Part shown: piece by piece, positions 17,981 to 28,582 of the stretch | Layout: every line of letters starts with the position of its first letter | Position numbering within the stretch: the stretch's first letter is position 1 | Origin: Solirubrobacterales bacterium | GTDB lineage: Bacteria > Actinomycetota > Thermoleophilia > Solirubrobacterales > 70-9 | Assembly: GCA_033856195.1 (NCBI GenBank) | Contig: JAWVFL010000002.1 | Span: 39,662-103,661 of the forward strand | Direction of reading: 5' to 3' | DNA length: 64,000 nucleotides | Translations under genes and position numbers: made by a program | The notes under the pieces: model-generated | The model's input: only the letters and a program-made list of their open reading frames with translations | The model's database searches: none | Told to the model about the DNA's origin: nothing

Positions 17981-20900
17981 ATGCTGCGCCATCCACGCCG
18001 CGCGTTGGCGGTCGCCGCCCTCCTGATCGCGCTGCTCGCGTCCTTCGGCTTCAGCCTCGAGGACCGGCTCAGCCCGAGCACGATCGACATCGGCGGCACC
18101 TCGGTCCACGAGGCGAACGGGATGCTGAGCAGGTACTTCGGCGACTCGGCTCCCTTCGTGGTCTTCCTGCAGGGCCCGCCGGCCGCGATCGACCGGCAGG
18201 GGCCCGAGCTGGTCCGCGTGCTCCGCGAGGACCCGAAGGTGACGACGCTCTCACCCTGGGATCGCGGCAGTGTGGGACAGCTGCGCCCGAAGCCGCGCCG
18301 CGCCTTCATCCTCGTCGACTTCCACGTCGACTCCAACGCGGCGGTCGACGACAAGGTGCCGCTGCTCAACCGCATCCTCGAAGACAAGCTCCATGCCCCG
18401 GTGCGCGGTACGCAGACCGGCTTCGCCACGCTTTCGAGGTCGATCGAGGACGAATCGATCTCCAGCACCGAGCGCGCCGAGCTGATCGCCCTGCCGATTC
18501 TCCTGATCGTCCTCTTGCTCGTCTTCCGCTCTCCGATCGCCGCCGCGATCCCGCTCGGATTTGGCGCGATCGCGGTGCTCACGTCCCGTGGCCTGCTTTC
18601 GATCCTCACCAACTTCTTCGAAGTCAGCGCCCTCGCCCTGGTGGTCTGCTCGATGATGGGCCTTGCGCTCGGAGTCGATTACGCCCTTCTGCTGGTCTCC
18701 CGCTTTCGCGAGGAGCTGGCGAAAGGCGCCGACCCCGTGGACGCTGCCTGGGAGACCCGCCGCACCGCCGGGCGAACGACGGTCTTCGCCGGCAGCACCC
18801 TGGTCCTCTCGATGGTCGTGGCGCTCTTCGTCGTGCCAGGCGCACTGCTCGCCTCCCTCGCCGGGACCCTCGCCCTGGTCGTCCTCCTGACTGTCCTCGT
18901 CGCCACCCTGCTGGGGCCGCCGGTCCTGGTCCTGGCCGGCGCCAACATCGACCGTTGGCGGATCGGTTCAGCCCCGAACGGCGAACGCTCGCGGCTGATG
19001 ACGATCGTCTCCGCGGCTCTGAAGCGGCCCGTGCCGGTGTCGATAGCGATCGGCGCCGTCGTGCTCCTGCTCGCCGCACCCGCACTTGCGCTGAAGACCG
19101 GCCCCTTCAGCATCGGGCAGCTGCCAAAAGACAACTCGGCACGCAAGGACGCAGAACTGATCCAAAGCTCTGCCGGAGGGGGCTTCGAAGCCCCCTTTGT
19201 GGTCGTCGCCGCAACGCGGACGGGAACCATCACCGACGACGACAACCTCGCGGCTCTGAGTCGCTGGCAGCGCCGCATCGCCCGCACGCCGGGCGTGCAG
19301 AGCGTGGTCGGCCCGTCCCAGGTGTCGCGATCGGTGAAACCGCTGCAGAAAGGCCTCGCGGGCCTCCTTGCCTCAAACGACAAAGTGGGGCCGCTGTCGA
19401 ACCTGACCAGGGTGGGCGATGGCATGGAACGCATCGCGGACGGCGTCGCGGCGATCCGCGGTGGCCTCTCGCGGGCGACCTTCGGCGCCGCGATCTTGGC
19501 TGACGGCTCCGGCAGGGCCGAAGAAGGTGCGATCCAGATCGCCAGTGGCATCGGCCAGGCAGCCGCCGGCAGCCAGGAAGCGATCGACGCAATCGACGAA
19601 GTGGCGAAAGGGAACAAGGAACTGGCCAAGGCAAACGAAAGGGCGGCACTCGGCGGCCTGCAGATCAAGTTCGGCAGCCACGACCTGGTCCCCAACTTCA
19701 ATGTCAACGGCCTGCCGCGGGCGAACAGGCTGAAGCGCTCGCTCGACAAAGCCTCGACCGCGACCGTCCCGCAGATCCAGGCCACCGCTCAGGCCAGCGA
19801 CGAAAAGACGAAAGCCGCGCTGCAGCAGGTCGAAGGCATGACCGTCGGCAAGTCCGACCCGAACTATGCGGCGGCCCTGGACGCTCTCCGCCAGGCTTCC
19901 AGCACGGCCGCAACACTGCCGGCCGAACTCGCCCCACTGCAGGAAAGTCTCGTCGACGACGCCCACGAAGCCCAGGAAATCAAGTTCTGGATCGAAAGCA
20001 CGCTCGTCCAGATGAAGCAGCTGGCCGCCGCTTCGAAACGGCTCTACGACGGACTGAACACAATCAAAACGGGCAGCAAGAAACTCGCGACCGGCACAGC
20101 CGAACTCGACCGCGAAGTGACGAAGGAATTCGGTCAGCTCGGCTCCTTCGAGGCAGGCGCCAACGAACTGGTCTCCGGCCTGGCTCGCCTCACCGGCGGC
20201 ACGACTCAGCTCGAACAGCGGCTTGGCGAATTCTATTCCCGCTCTTACCCGGTTCAGAGCGGCGCCCGGCGGATCGCGGTGCGGGTGCAATCCCAGAGCG
20301 AGACCATCAACCGCCGCGTCGACAACATCCGCAACGTCACGCCAGGGATCTTCGACTCCGGCTACTTCGTCCTCTCCGCCCTCGACGGCACCCAGGGCCG
20401 CCTGCACGAACGCGCTTCCGAAGCGGTCGACCTGGAGCACGGCGGCCAGGCCGCCACCCTGTTGGTGATTCCCGATGATCCGCTCAACACGCCAGGCTCG
20501 ATCGCCCTCAACAAGCGCCTGGACGACGACGCGGCCGCCTTGGGCAAGGAAGCGAACCTGAAGACCGGCGTCGCCGGCAGCCCGGCGACCCTCAACACCT
20601 TCAGTCGCGTCACCAGGGACCGCATCCCGATGGTGATTGCGGCGATCACCCTGGCGACCTTCCTCGTCCTTGTCCTCGTCCTGCGATCGCTGCCGCTGGC
20701 CGCGATCGCGATCGGGCTCAACATGGCGTCGGTCGGCGTCGCCTTCGGTGTCTTGATGCTGTTGACCAACGTCCCCGACGGCTGGCCGCTTGGCGGCCGC
20801 ACCTACGTGGACGCGGTCGGGACGGTGATGATCTTCGGCGTCGTCTTTGGGCTCTCGATCGACTACGCGGTCTTCCTGCTCGTGCGCATGCGCGAGCATT

Positions 20901-21184
20901 ACGACAAACACGGCGACAACGCCGCCGCGATCGAGTTCGGGCTGGAGAAGACCGCGCGGGTGATCACCGGCGCCGCCGTGATCATGATGGCCGTCTTCAT
21001 CGCCTTCGCCGGCGCGCCGATCGCGACGGTCAGCCAGCTCGGGGTTGGCCTCACCGTCGCGGTCATCCTCGACGCCACCGTCGTGCGCATCGTCCTGCTG
21101 CCAGCCCTGATGCTGCTGGTCGGCGACAAGGTCTGGTGGCTGCCACGCCCGCTGGAGCGGGTGCTGCCGCGGCTCAACGTCTGA
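17981..21184 (+). CDS. MMPL/RND-superfamily transporter with a very long second extracytoplasmic domain.
   Basis: The two MMPL signatures are GLALGVDYALLLVSRFREEL and GLSIDYAVFLLVRMREHY. The ORF opens at 17906, but the Met at 17981 precedes the first TM helix. Confidence 0.8.
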   Translation: MLRHPRRALAVAALLIALLASFGFSLEDRLSPSTIDIGGTSVHEANGMLSRYFGDSAPFVVFLQGPPAAIDRQGPELVRVLREDPKVTTLSPWDRGSVGQLRPKPRRAFILVDFHVDSNAAVDDKVPLLNRILEDKLHAPVRGTQTGFATLSRSIEDESISSTERAELIALPILLIVLLLVFRSPIAAAIPLGFGAIAVLTSRGLLSILTNFFEVSALALVVCSMMGLALGVDYALLLVSRFREELAKGADPVDAAWETRRTAGRTTVFAGSTLVLSMVVALFVVPGALLASLAGTLALVVLLTVLVATLLGPPVLVLAGANIDRWRIGSAPNGERSRLMTIVSAALKRPVPVSIAIGAVVLLLAAPALALKTGPFSIGQLPKDNSARKDAELIQSSAGGGFEAPFVVVAATRTGTITDDDNLAALSRWQRRIARTPGVQSVVGPSQVSRSVKPLQKGLAGLLASNDKVGPLSNLTRVGDGMERIADGVAAIRGGLSRATFGAAILADGSGRAEEGAIQIASGIGQAAAGSQEAIDAIDEVAKGNKELAKANERAALGGLQIKFGSHDLVPNFNVNGLPRANRLKRSLDKASTATVPQIQATAQASDEKTKAALQQVEGMTVGKSDPNYAAALDALRQASSTAATLPAELAPLQESLVDDAHEAQEIKFWIESTLVQMKQLAAASKRLYDGLNTIKTGSKKLATGTAELDREVTKEFGQLGSFEAGANELVSGLARLTGGTTQLEQRLGEFYSRSYPVQSGARRIAVRVQSQSETINRRVDNIRNVTPGIFDSGYFVLSALDGTQGRLHERASEAVDLEHGGQAATLLVIPDDPLNTPGSIALNKRLDDDAAALGKEANLKTGVAGSPATLNTFSRVTRDRIPMVIAAITLATFLVLVLVLRSLPLAAIAIGLNMASVGVAFGVLMLLTNVPDGWPLGGRTYVDAVGTVMIFGVVFGLSIDYAVFLLVRMREHYDKHGDNAAAIEFGLEKTARVITGAAVIMMAVFIAFAGAPIATVSQLGVGLTVAVILDATVVRIVLLPALMLLVGDKVWWLPRPLERVLPRLNV

Positions 21185-21317
21185 GTTGCAAGCCCAAAGT
21201 AGCGCGTTGAATTCCAGTTAAGTCCCTGCTTGGCACGACGGTGGCGGCGGGTCGCTCGGATACGATTCTGCAGCCGTTCCACCGGATCGGAGGCCGGGGA
21301 ACCGCAAGCGACGATCC

Positions 21318-22730
21318 GTGGCTGCCAACTCTTCAGGCGAGGACAAAAGCTCGGCGCAAAGCCGGGGGGTCACCCCCGCCCGGATTGCGGTCATCGCCGT
21401 ACTCGGAATTGCCGTGGTCGCGCTCGGCTACGTGATCTTCAGCGGCAGTGGCGAACACAAGTACAACCTTCTCTTCCAGAACGCCAGCCAGCTGGTCCCC
21501 GACAACCAGGTGCTGATCGGCGGCCAACCGGTTGGCTCGGTTGAAAGCATCGAGCTGACCGACGACAACCTGGCCAAGGTCGTGGTCAGCGTCAGCCAGG
21601 AGCTGCACGAGGGCACGACGGCGACGATCCGCGCGACCTCGCTCTCCGGCGTCGCCAACCACTACGTCTCGATCAGCCCCGGCCCGAACAGCAACCCGTC
21701 GCTTGGAAACGACGGCACCCTGGGCCTGGCCTCAACCACGACCCCAGTCGACATCGACCAGCTCTTCAACACCTTCCCGGCGCCGGTGCGGCGCGGGCTC
21801 GCCCAGTTCATCGAAGGCAACGCGCAGTGGTACGCGGGTCGCGGCAAGGACGGCACCGCCAACGACACCTTCAAATACATCGGGGTCGGCTTCAACCGGG
21901 CCGGCGCCTTCGCCCATGACCTCAACGCCGACGAAAAGCTCTTCGCTCGTTTCCTGGTCAGCTCGAGCAAACTCGGCACGGCGGTCGCCGAACGCGGCGG
22001 GGAGCTCTCCAGCGCGATCGGCAATGCCAACGCAGCTTTCAACGCGATCGCGAGCCAGAACGCCGCCCTCAGCACCAGCCTGAGCCTGCTGCCTCCGACC
22101 TTCAGGCAGGCCAACACGACCTTCGTCAACCTGCGCGCGGCCCTCGACGACGTCGAACCGCTGATCAACACCTCGCGGACGGCGACCAAAGACCTGGCTC
22201 CCTTCCTCGCCGAACTGCGCCCGGTGCTCTCCAAGGCGGTCCCCGTCTTCAAGAACCTGCGCCTCACCGTGCGGCGCAAGGGCTCTGCCAACGACACGGC
22301 CGAACTGCTGGGTGTGCTGCCGGCGGTGCAGCAGCGCGCCTCGAAGGCGTTCCCGCACTCCGAAGAAGCGATCGCGGCCTTCCAGCCCAACCTCAACTTC
22401 ATTCGCGCCTACACGCCGGACCTCTTCAACGGCTTTGCCCGGCTGGGTCAGGTCAGCGCGCCCTACGACGGCAACGGCCATTACGTGCGCAGCAGCTTCA
22501 GCGACCTCAACATCTTCAACTACAACAGCGGCAGCCGCGTTCTGGAACCGATCAAACCCTCCGAACAGTACGACGCGTTCGGCGCCTCCGCGGGCGTCAA
22601 GCGTCCCTGCCCCGGCGGCGCCAGCCAACCGGCCGCCGATGGCTCCAGCCCCTTCGTCGAACCGCCGTTCAGCGGCTCCGGCGTGACCACCGACGACTGC
22701 AATCCGGCCGACGCGCCACCCGGCCCATGA
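21318..22730 (+). CDS. MCE (MlaD-domain) family protein 1 of 6.
   Basis: It has an N-terminal TM helix followed by an MCE domain (LLFQNASQLVPDNQVLIGGQPVGSVESIEL) and a helical region. Confidence 0.8.
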   Translation: MAANSSGEDKSSAQSRGVTPARIAVIAVLGIAVVALGYVIFSGSGEHKYNLLFQNASQLVPDNQVLIGGQPVGSVESIELTDDNLAKVVVSVSQELHEGTTATIRATSLSGVANHYVSISPGPNSNPSLGNDGTLGLASTTTPVDIDQLFNTFPAPVRRGLAQFIEGNAQWYAGRGKDGTANDTFKYIGVGFNRAGAFAHDLNADEKLFARFLVSSSKLGTAVAERGGELSSAIGNANAAFNAIASQNAALSTSLSLLPPTFRQANTTFVNLRAALDDVEPLINTSRTATKDLAPFLAELRPVLSKAVPVFKNLRLTVRRKGSANDTAELLGVLPAVQQRASKAFPHSEEAIAAFQPNLNFIRAYTPDLFNGFARLGQVSAPYDGNGHYVRSSFSDLNIFNYNSGSRVLEPIKPSEQYDAFGASAGVKRPCPGGASQPAADGSSPFVEPPFSGSGVTTDDCNPADAPPGP

Positions 22731-24250
22731 GAAGGGCACTCGTCATAGGCGCGCTGGTCGCGGCGGTCATCGTCGCGATCGTGCTGATCTCCTCCGGCGG
22801 CAGCGGCGGCAACGACTACGTCGTGCGGGCGATCTTCGACAGCGGTGGATTCATGGTCAAAGGCGAGCAGGTTCGGGTCGCCGGCGCCAACGTCGGCGAG
22901 ATCGAATCGGTCGGGGTCACCTTGCCGGGCGAGATCGACAGCTACGAAAACGGCAAGGAACAGGCGCTCGACGGCAAGGCCGTGATCGTGATGAACATCA
23001 CCGACGCCGGCTTCCAGGACTTCCGCAGCGACGCCAGCTGCCAGATCCGCCCGCAGTCGCTGATCGGAGAGAAGTTCGTCGACTGCCGTCCGACCCTGCC
23101 ACGGGCGCCGGGGTCGCAGCCGGCGCCGCCGCTGAAGGAGATTCCCGAAGACCAGCCCGGCGCCGGGCAGCTGCTGTTGCCGCTGGAGAACAACAGCACC
23201 AGCGTCGACCCGGACCTGATCAACGACATCAACAAACTGCCCTACGCGCAGCGCTTCCGCCTGATCTTCAACGAACTCGGCGCCGGCCTGGCCGGCCGCG
23301 GGGAGGACATCGAGGCGGTGGTCAAGCGCGCCAACCCGGCGCTGCGCGACGTCGATCGCCTGCTCGGCATCCTCGACGCACAGCGCGATCAGTTGACCCG
23401 ACTCGCGGCCGACTCCGAGCAGATCCTCGAGCCGCTCTCGCGCGAACGCGCCCACGTCGCCGGCTTCTTCACCAACTCCGGCGCAGCGGCACAGGCCACC
23501 ACCGAGCGGGGCGAAGACCTTGAAGCCTCGCTGCAGAAGTTCCCCGCCTTCCTGCGCGAGTTCCGCCTCACGATGCGCAGCCTGCAGGGCTTCTCCGATG
23601 CGGCCACCCCGACCTTCGCGGCCCTCGGCAAAGCGGCGCCCGGGTTCACCGAAGCGACCCGCCTGCTGACGCCGTTCTCGGCCGCCTCGACGGTGGCGCT
23701 GAAGTCACTTGGGACGACCGGTGAAGAAGCGGGCCCGACGCTGCGTGCGGCCGACCCGATCGTGCGCAAGACGACGGCGCTGGCCCGCACCGGGGTCAGC
23801 CCGACGACGAACCTGGCGAAGTTCCTCGCCAGCACCGAGGAAACGAAGGGCTTCGACGGGCTTGTTGACCTGATTTACAACACAACGGCGGCCACGAACG
23901 GCTTTGATCAATACGGCCACTTCACGCGCATCCTGGTCACCCTCACTAACTGCCTCGAATATGGGCTCGAAGAAAGCGGTTGCTCGGCGCAGTTCACCGG
24001 GACAAACGCGGGTGACTCGTCAGTCTCCACGGCGCAGCTGTACCGCCTGCTCCAAGAGGAGCAGGCGCGGGAAGCAGGTGAGGCGGGCGGCACACTGGCG
24101 CTGCCGAAGGCTCCGGGTGCCGGCCTTGCCCCATCCACGCCACTTACGCGCGAAGCTCCTGAAATCGCACAGGGCCGACAGCTCGAAGGGAAGAGCGCTC
24201 TGGCGGGGCCACGACAACGTGCCCTTCTCGACTACCTCCTCGGCCCATGA
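22727..24250 (+). CDS. MCE family protein 2 of 6.
   Basis: It has a TM helix plus an MCE domain (FMVKGEQVRVAGANVGEIESVGV). An ATGA overlap links it to the upstream gene. Confidence 0.8.
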   Translation: MRRALVIGALVAAVIVAIVLISSGGSGGNDYVVRAIFDSGGFMVKGEQVRVAGANVGEIESVGVTLPGEIDSYENGKEQALDGKAVIVMNITDAGFQDFRSDASCQIRPQSLIGEKFVDCRPTLPRAPGSQPAPPLKEIPEDQPGAGQLLLPLENNSTSVDPDLINDINKLPYAQRFRLIFNELGAGLAGRGEDIEAVVKRANPALRDVDRLLGILDAQRDQLTRLAADSEQILEPLSRERAHVAGFFTNSGAAAQATTERGEDLEASLQKFPAFLREFRLTMRSLQGFSDAATPTFAALGKAAPGFTEATRLLTPFSAASTVALKSLGTTGEEAGPTLRAADPIVRKTTALARTGVSPTTNLAKFLASTEETKGFDGLVDLIYNTTAATNGFDQYGHFTRILVTLTNCLEYGLEESGCSAQFTGTNAGDSSVSTAQLYRLLQEEQAREAGEAGGTLALPKAPGAGLAPSTPLTREAPEIAQGRQLEGKSALAGPRQRALLDYLLGP

Positions 24251-25686
24251 GAAATCGCAGCGGCATACAGGGAGTCGCGAGCAGCCCGGTGATCGTCGGG
24301 GCGGTGACCGTGCTGGTCATCATCGTCGCCGTCTTCCTCGCCTACAACGCCAACAACGGCCTGCCCTTCGTCTCCACCTACAACTTGAAGGCCCGGGTGC
24401 CCAACGCAAACGCGCTGGTCAAGGGCAACGAGGTGCGGATCGGCGGCGCCCGCGTCGGTGTCGTCAAGTCCGTGGTCCCGGTGCAGACCGGCAATGGCCA
24501 GGTCGCGGCCGAACTCAGCCTCAGCCTCGACAAGAACGTCGAACCGCTGCCGGACAACTCGCTGATGATCATCCGGCCCAAATCCCCACTCGGCCTCAAG
24601 TACCTGCAGATCGTTCCCGGCGACTCAAGGGAAGGCTACGCAGCCGGCGAAACGATCCCAGTCAGGGCGGCGCGGCCGGAACCGGTCGACATCGACCAGT
24701 TCTTCGACATGTTCGACGAGCGCACGCGGCAGGCGATCCAGCGCAACCTGGCGGGCTTCGGCAACGCGCTGGCGGGCCGCGGGCCGCAGATCAACAACGC
24801 CTTCATCGCCCTCCGCATGCTGGCCGAAGACAGCCAGCCGACGCTGGCTAACCTGGTTGCGCCGAGCACCGGCTTCGGCGAATTCTGGCGCGCCCTCGAG
24901 GCGCTCTCGGCGACCGTGGCGCCGGTGGCCGAGGAACAGGCGAGCATGTTCGCCGCCCTCGACCGCACCTTCGCCGCCTTCGCGCGCGTATCGCGCCCCT
25001 ACATCCAGGAAACGATCTCCAAGGGACCCGAGACGCTCGACACGGTCACCGCGGACCTGCCCGCCCTGCGCCCCTTCCTCCATGATTCGGAACGCTTCTT
25101 CGCCGCGCTGCGGCCGGGGGCGAAGGTGCTGGGAGAAACCTCGCCGACGATCGCGGCCGCGCTTCGCGCCGGCATCCCGGCGCTGAACCGCTCACCCAGC
25201 CTCAACGCCCAGCTGCCGCCCACGGCCGATGCGCTGCTTGCCTTCCAGCAGTCGACAGGCGTTTTCAATGGCCTCGACCTGCTGATCGACACCAACAACG
25301 TGCTCGGTCCGGCGATCCGCTTCATCGCCCCCGCACAGACCACTTGCAACTACCTCACCATCGCCTTCCGCAATCTTTCCAACTCATCCAGCGAAGACAA
25401 CGGACTGGGCGGTTGGTTCAATGCGATCTCCTTCCAGTCTCCTGAAGGGCCGAACAGCGAGGGCGGCCAAGCCTCGGCACCGGCCAACGGCGGCTCGACC
25501 AACCGGTTCAACCACCTCCACTCAAATCCCTACCCCAATACAGCGTCTCCGGGTCAGCCAAAAGAGTGTGAAGCTGGCAACGAGCGTTACGAAACCGGCA
25601 TCACCCGAATCGGCAACACGCCGCGCAACGACGGCATCGTCACATCCGGCCAGACCAAGAAGCAGCGCGGGGAAGAGGAAAAGTAA
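24247..25686 (+). CDS. MCE family protein 3 of 6.
   Basis: It has a TM helix plus an MCE domain (LVKGNEVRIGGARVGVVKSV). An ATGA overlap links it to the upstream gene. Confidence 0.8.
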   Translation: MRNRSGIQGVASSPVIVGAVTVLVIIVAVFLAYNANNGLPFVSTYNLKARVPNANALVKGNEVRIGGARVGVVKSVVPVQTGNGQVAAELSLSLDKNVEPLPDNSLMIIRPKSPLGLKYLQIVPGDSREGYAAGETIPVRAARPEPVDIDQFFDMFDERTRQAIQRNLAGFGNALAGRGPQINNAFIALRMLAEDSQPTLANLVAPSTGFGEFWRALEALSATVAPVAEEQASMFAALDRTFAAFARVSRPYIQETISKGPETLDTVTADLPALRPFLHDSERFFAALRPGAKVLGETSPTIAAALRAGIPALNRSPSLNAQLPPTADALLAFQQSTGVFNGLDLLIDTNNVLGPAIRFIAPAQTTCNYLTIAFRNLSNSSSEDNGLGGWFNAISFQSPEGPNSEGGQASAPANGGSTNRFNHLHSNPYPNTASPGQPKECEAGNERYETGITRIGNTPRNDGIVTSGQTKKQRGEEEK

Positions 25687-27194
25687 TGGGTCGGCTGCCG
25701 GAGAGAGACATGCGGGCGGGGGCGACCGACAGTCGCTTCAAGTGGCGGCCGAGCAACGCCCTGATTGCGGTGATCTTCCTGCTCATCTTCACGGTCGGGC
25801 CCTACCTTGCCTTCACCGGCCACGTGCCCTTCACCAGCTACGGCTACGAGCTCAAGGCGACCTTCGGCAACGGAGCCAACATCTCCACCAACTCGCCGGT
25901 TCGGATCGCCGGCGTCGACGTCGGCCGCGTGATCGCCACCGAACGCGATGGCGACGCGACGACCGTTACCTTCACGGTCGAAGGCAAAGGCCGGCCGATC
26001 CACGAGGATGCCTTCGCCGCGATCCGGCCGCGGATCTTCCTCGAGGGCAACTTCTTCATCGATCTCTCGCCCGGCAGCCCCAGCGCAGCCGAGCTGGACA
26101 GCGACGCGACGATCCCGGTCAGCCGCACGTCCACCTGGGTGCAGATCGATGAGGTCCTCACCGCGCTGCAGGCGCCGGTACGAGCCGACCTCAGTCACCT
26201 GCTGGAGAGCTACGGCACGGCGCTGACCCATAAGCCGACCGCAGCCGAAGACGCCGGCCAGCTGCCCGAGGTGCACGGCAAGAGCGGCGCCGAGGGGCTC
26301 AACGGAGGCTTCCGCTACGGCGGCGACGCCGGTCGCTACAGCGCCCAGGTCACCAACGCGCTGCTCGGCACTCAGCCGCACGACCTTTCGCGGCTGATCG
26401 CCGGCACCGGTCGCACCTTTGCGGCGCTCGCCCAGAACGAGGAAGACCTGAAGGGGCTGATCGTCAACTTCGACGTCTTCACCGGCGCGCTCGCTTCCCA
26501 GTCGGCCAATCTCTCGACCACGATCCATCGTCTGGCGCCGACGCTGAAGGAATTCCACGGTTCGCTGGTCAGTCTCAACCAGGCGCTGCCGCCGCTGCGG
26601 GCCTGGGCGATCGAGCTGAACCCGGCAGTCGCCGAGCTGCCCGACTTGATCAGCGCCGGCCGCCCCTGGATCAAGCAGGCCCGGCCGCTGCTCTCCGGCA
26701 AGGAGGCCGGCGGGACCGCGAAGCTGCTGCGCGAAGCGACCCCGGGGCTCGCCGGCGCCGCTCAGGCGGGCAAGGCGATCGCCTTGCCCCAGCTCAACCG
26801 AATCAGCCTTTGCACGACCAAGGTCATCGTCCCGACCGGCAATCAGACGATCGAAGACCAGTTCAGCACCGGCGGCCCCAACTATCGTGAGTTCCTCTAC
26901 GCCCTCACCGACTTCGCCGGCTGGGGGCAGAACTTCGACGGCAATGGACCCTTCGTGCGGGTGCAGCCCGGCGGTGGTGATCAATTGGTCGAACTGAAGA
27001 ACCCGGAAGGGAACCTGACTACGGACCAACGAACCTTCGCCCACACGATCGCTCCCCCGATCGGCACACAGCCACGGCTCGGTGGCCGCCCGCCAAAGAA
27101 GCCCGACGTGCGCTGCGATAGCAATCCAGTGCCGAACGTAAATGGCCATCTTGGCCAGGTCGGCGCCCCAACTCCGGCGGCGGTGAGCCCATGA
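25686..27194 (+). CDS. MCE family protein 4 of 6.
   Basis: It has a TM helix plus an MCE domain (NISTNSPVRIAGVDVGRVIATE). A TAATG overlap links it to the upstream gene. Confidence 0.8.
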   Translation: MGRLPERDMRAGATDSRFKWRPSNALIAVIFLLIFTVGPYLAFTGHVPFTSYGYELKATFGNGANISTNSPVRIAGVDVGRVIATERDGDATTVTFTVEGKGRPIHEDAFAAIRPRIFLEGNFFIDLSPGSPSAAELDSDATIPVSRTSTWVQIDEVLTALQAPVRADLSHLLESYGTALTHKPTAAEDAGQLPEVHGKSGAEGLNGGFRYGGDAGRYSAQVTNALLGTQPHDLSRLIAGTGRTFAALAQNEEDLKGLIVNFDVFTGALASQSANLSTTIHRLAPTLKEFHGSLVSLNQALPPLRAWAIELNPAVAELPDLISAGRPWIKQARPLLSGKEAGGTAKLLREATPGLAGAAQAGKAIALPQLNRISLCTTKVIVPTGNQTIEDQFSTGGPNYREFLYALTDFAGWGQNFDGNGPFVRVQPGGGDQLVELKNPEGNLTTDQRTFAHTIAPPIGTQPRLGGRPPKKPDVRCDSNPVPNVNGHLGQVGAPTPAAVSP

Positions 27195-28582
27195 GTCGTT
27201 GGTCGCATTTCCGCTCTTCCCTTTCCCGCCAGTCCCGGGGGCGCAGCAAGGACACGATCGCGATCGTCATCCTCGCTGCCGCAGGGGTCGTGATGACGCT
27301 CTGGATCTTCACCCAGCAGAAAGCCTCGCTGCCGGCCTGGGTCCCGGCCGTCGGCGAAGAGTTCGCCCACGTCACGGGGGAGTTCACTACCGCTCAAGCG
27401 GTGACCCCGGGCCAGGGCCAGGCCGTCGACATCGCCGGCATCCAGGTCGGCAAGGTCACCTCGGTCGACCTCGAAGATGGCCACGCGGTCGTTGGGATGG
27501 ACATCGAACCGAAGTACATGGACCTGATCCATCCCGACGCGAGCCTGCTGCTGCGGCCGAAAACGAACCTCAACGACATGGTCGTCGAGGTAGATCCCGG
27601 CAATGCCAAGGGCCATATCGAGGATGGCTACAACTTCCCGCTCTCGCGCACGGAACCGAACGTCAACCTCGACGCTTTCCTCGCCACCCTCGACGCCGAC
27701 ACGCGCCAGTACATCCAGCTGCTCGTCGCCGGCGGCGCCCAGGGAATCGGCGGCCGCGGCCGCCAGCTCGGCAACGCCCTCCGTCGCCTGCAGCCCTTCG
27801 CCCATTACATTGCCGACCTCAACAAAGCCGTGGCCACGCGCCGCGTCGCGCTCGCCCGGGTGATCCACGACTTCGGGCTGCTGACCACCGAACTGGGCCG
27901 TCACGACGCCGAGATCGAACGCTGGGTCACGGCCTCCAAGGGGGCGCTCGGCAACTTCGCCAACCAGCAGAGCTCGATCCAGGAAATCCTCACCGAATTC
28001 CCCTCGACGCTGACCACGGCGGAATCGGCCTTCGCCAGCGCCAACCGCTTCTCGCAAGCGGCGCGCCCGGCGCTGCTCGGCCTGATCCCGCAGGCGCAGG
28101 CGCTGAAGCCGGCGCTGAAGGCCAACGAGCGGCTCTTCGAGCAGACCACCGTGCCGATCCGCGATCAGATCCGGCCCTTCACGCGTCAAATTCGCCCTGT
28201 CCTCACCCACGCCAAGCAGGGCTCCGCCCAGTTCAGCAAGACGGTGCGCGGCTTCGGCAACTCGCTCGCCGCCTTCAACAGCTTCCTCAACGAGCTCGCC
28301 TACAAGCCAAAGGGCTCACGACAGAGCTACCTCTTCTACCTGCCGTGGCTCAACCATGACGTAAACGCCAGCTTCAACCTCGATGACCCTGCCGGTCCGA
28401 TTGGTAGGGGACTGACACTTATCTCCTGCAACGGCACCTCGCTCGCCTATCCGTTCGCCAGCGCCAGGCCCTATGTCCAGGCGCTGCTAAGAGGCGGAAA
28501 CATTCCGCGCGCCGACCAACTGCCGGTTGTTCCGGAGGATCCCTCATTCCCCGGCCACGGGTGCGGACCCGGAGCAGAATGA
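27191..28582 (+). CDS. MCE family protein 5 of 6.
   Basis: It has a TM helix plus an MCE domain (VTPGQGQAVDIAGIQVGKVTSVDL). An ATGA overlap links it to the upstream gene. Confidence 0.8.
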   Translation: MSRWSHFRSSLSRQSRGRSKDTIAIVILAAAGVVMTLWIFTQQKASLPAWVPAVGEEFAHVTGEFTTAQAVTPGQGQAVDIAGIQVGKVTSVDLEDGHAVVGMDIEPKYMDLIHPDASLLLRPKTNLNDMVVEVDPGNAKGHIEDGYNFPLSRTEPNVNLDAFLATLDADTRQYIQLLVAGGAQGIGGRGRQLGNALRRLQPFAHYIADLNKAVATRRVALARVIHDFGLLTTELGRHDAEIERWVTASKGALGNFANQQSSIQEILTEFPSTLTTAESAFASANRFSQAARPALLGLIPQAQALKPALKANERLFEQTTVPIRDQIRPFTRQIRPVLTHAKQGSAQFSKTVRGFGNSLAAFNSFLNELAYKPKGSRQSYLFYLPWLNHDVNASFNLDDPAGPIGRGLTLISCNGTSLAYPFASARPYVQALLRGGNIPRADQLPVVPEDPSFPGHGCGPGAE

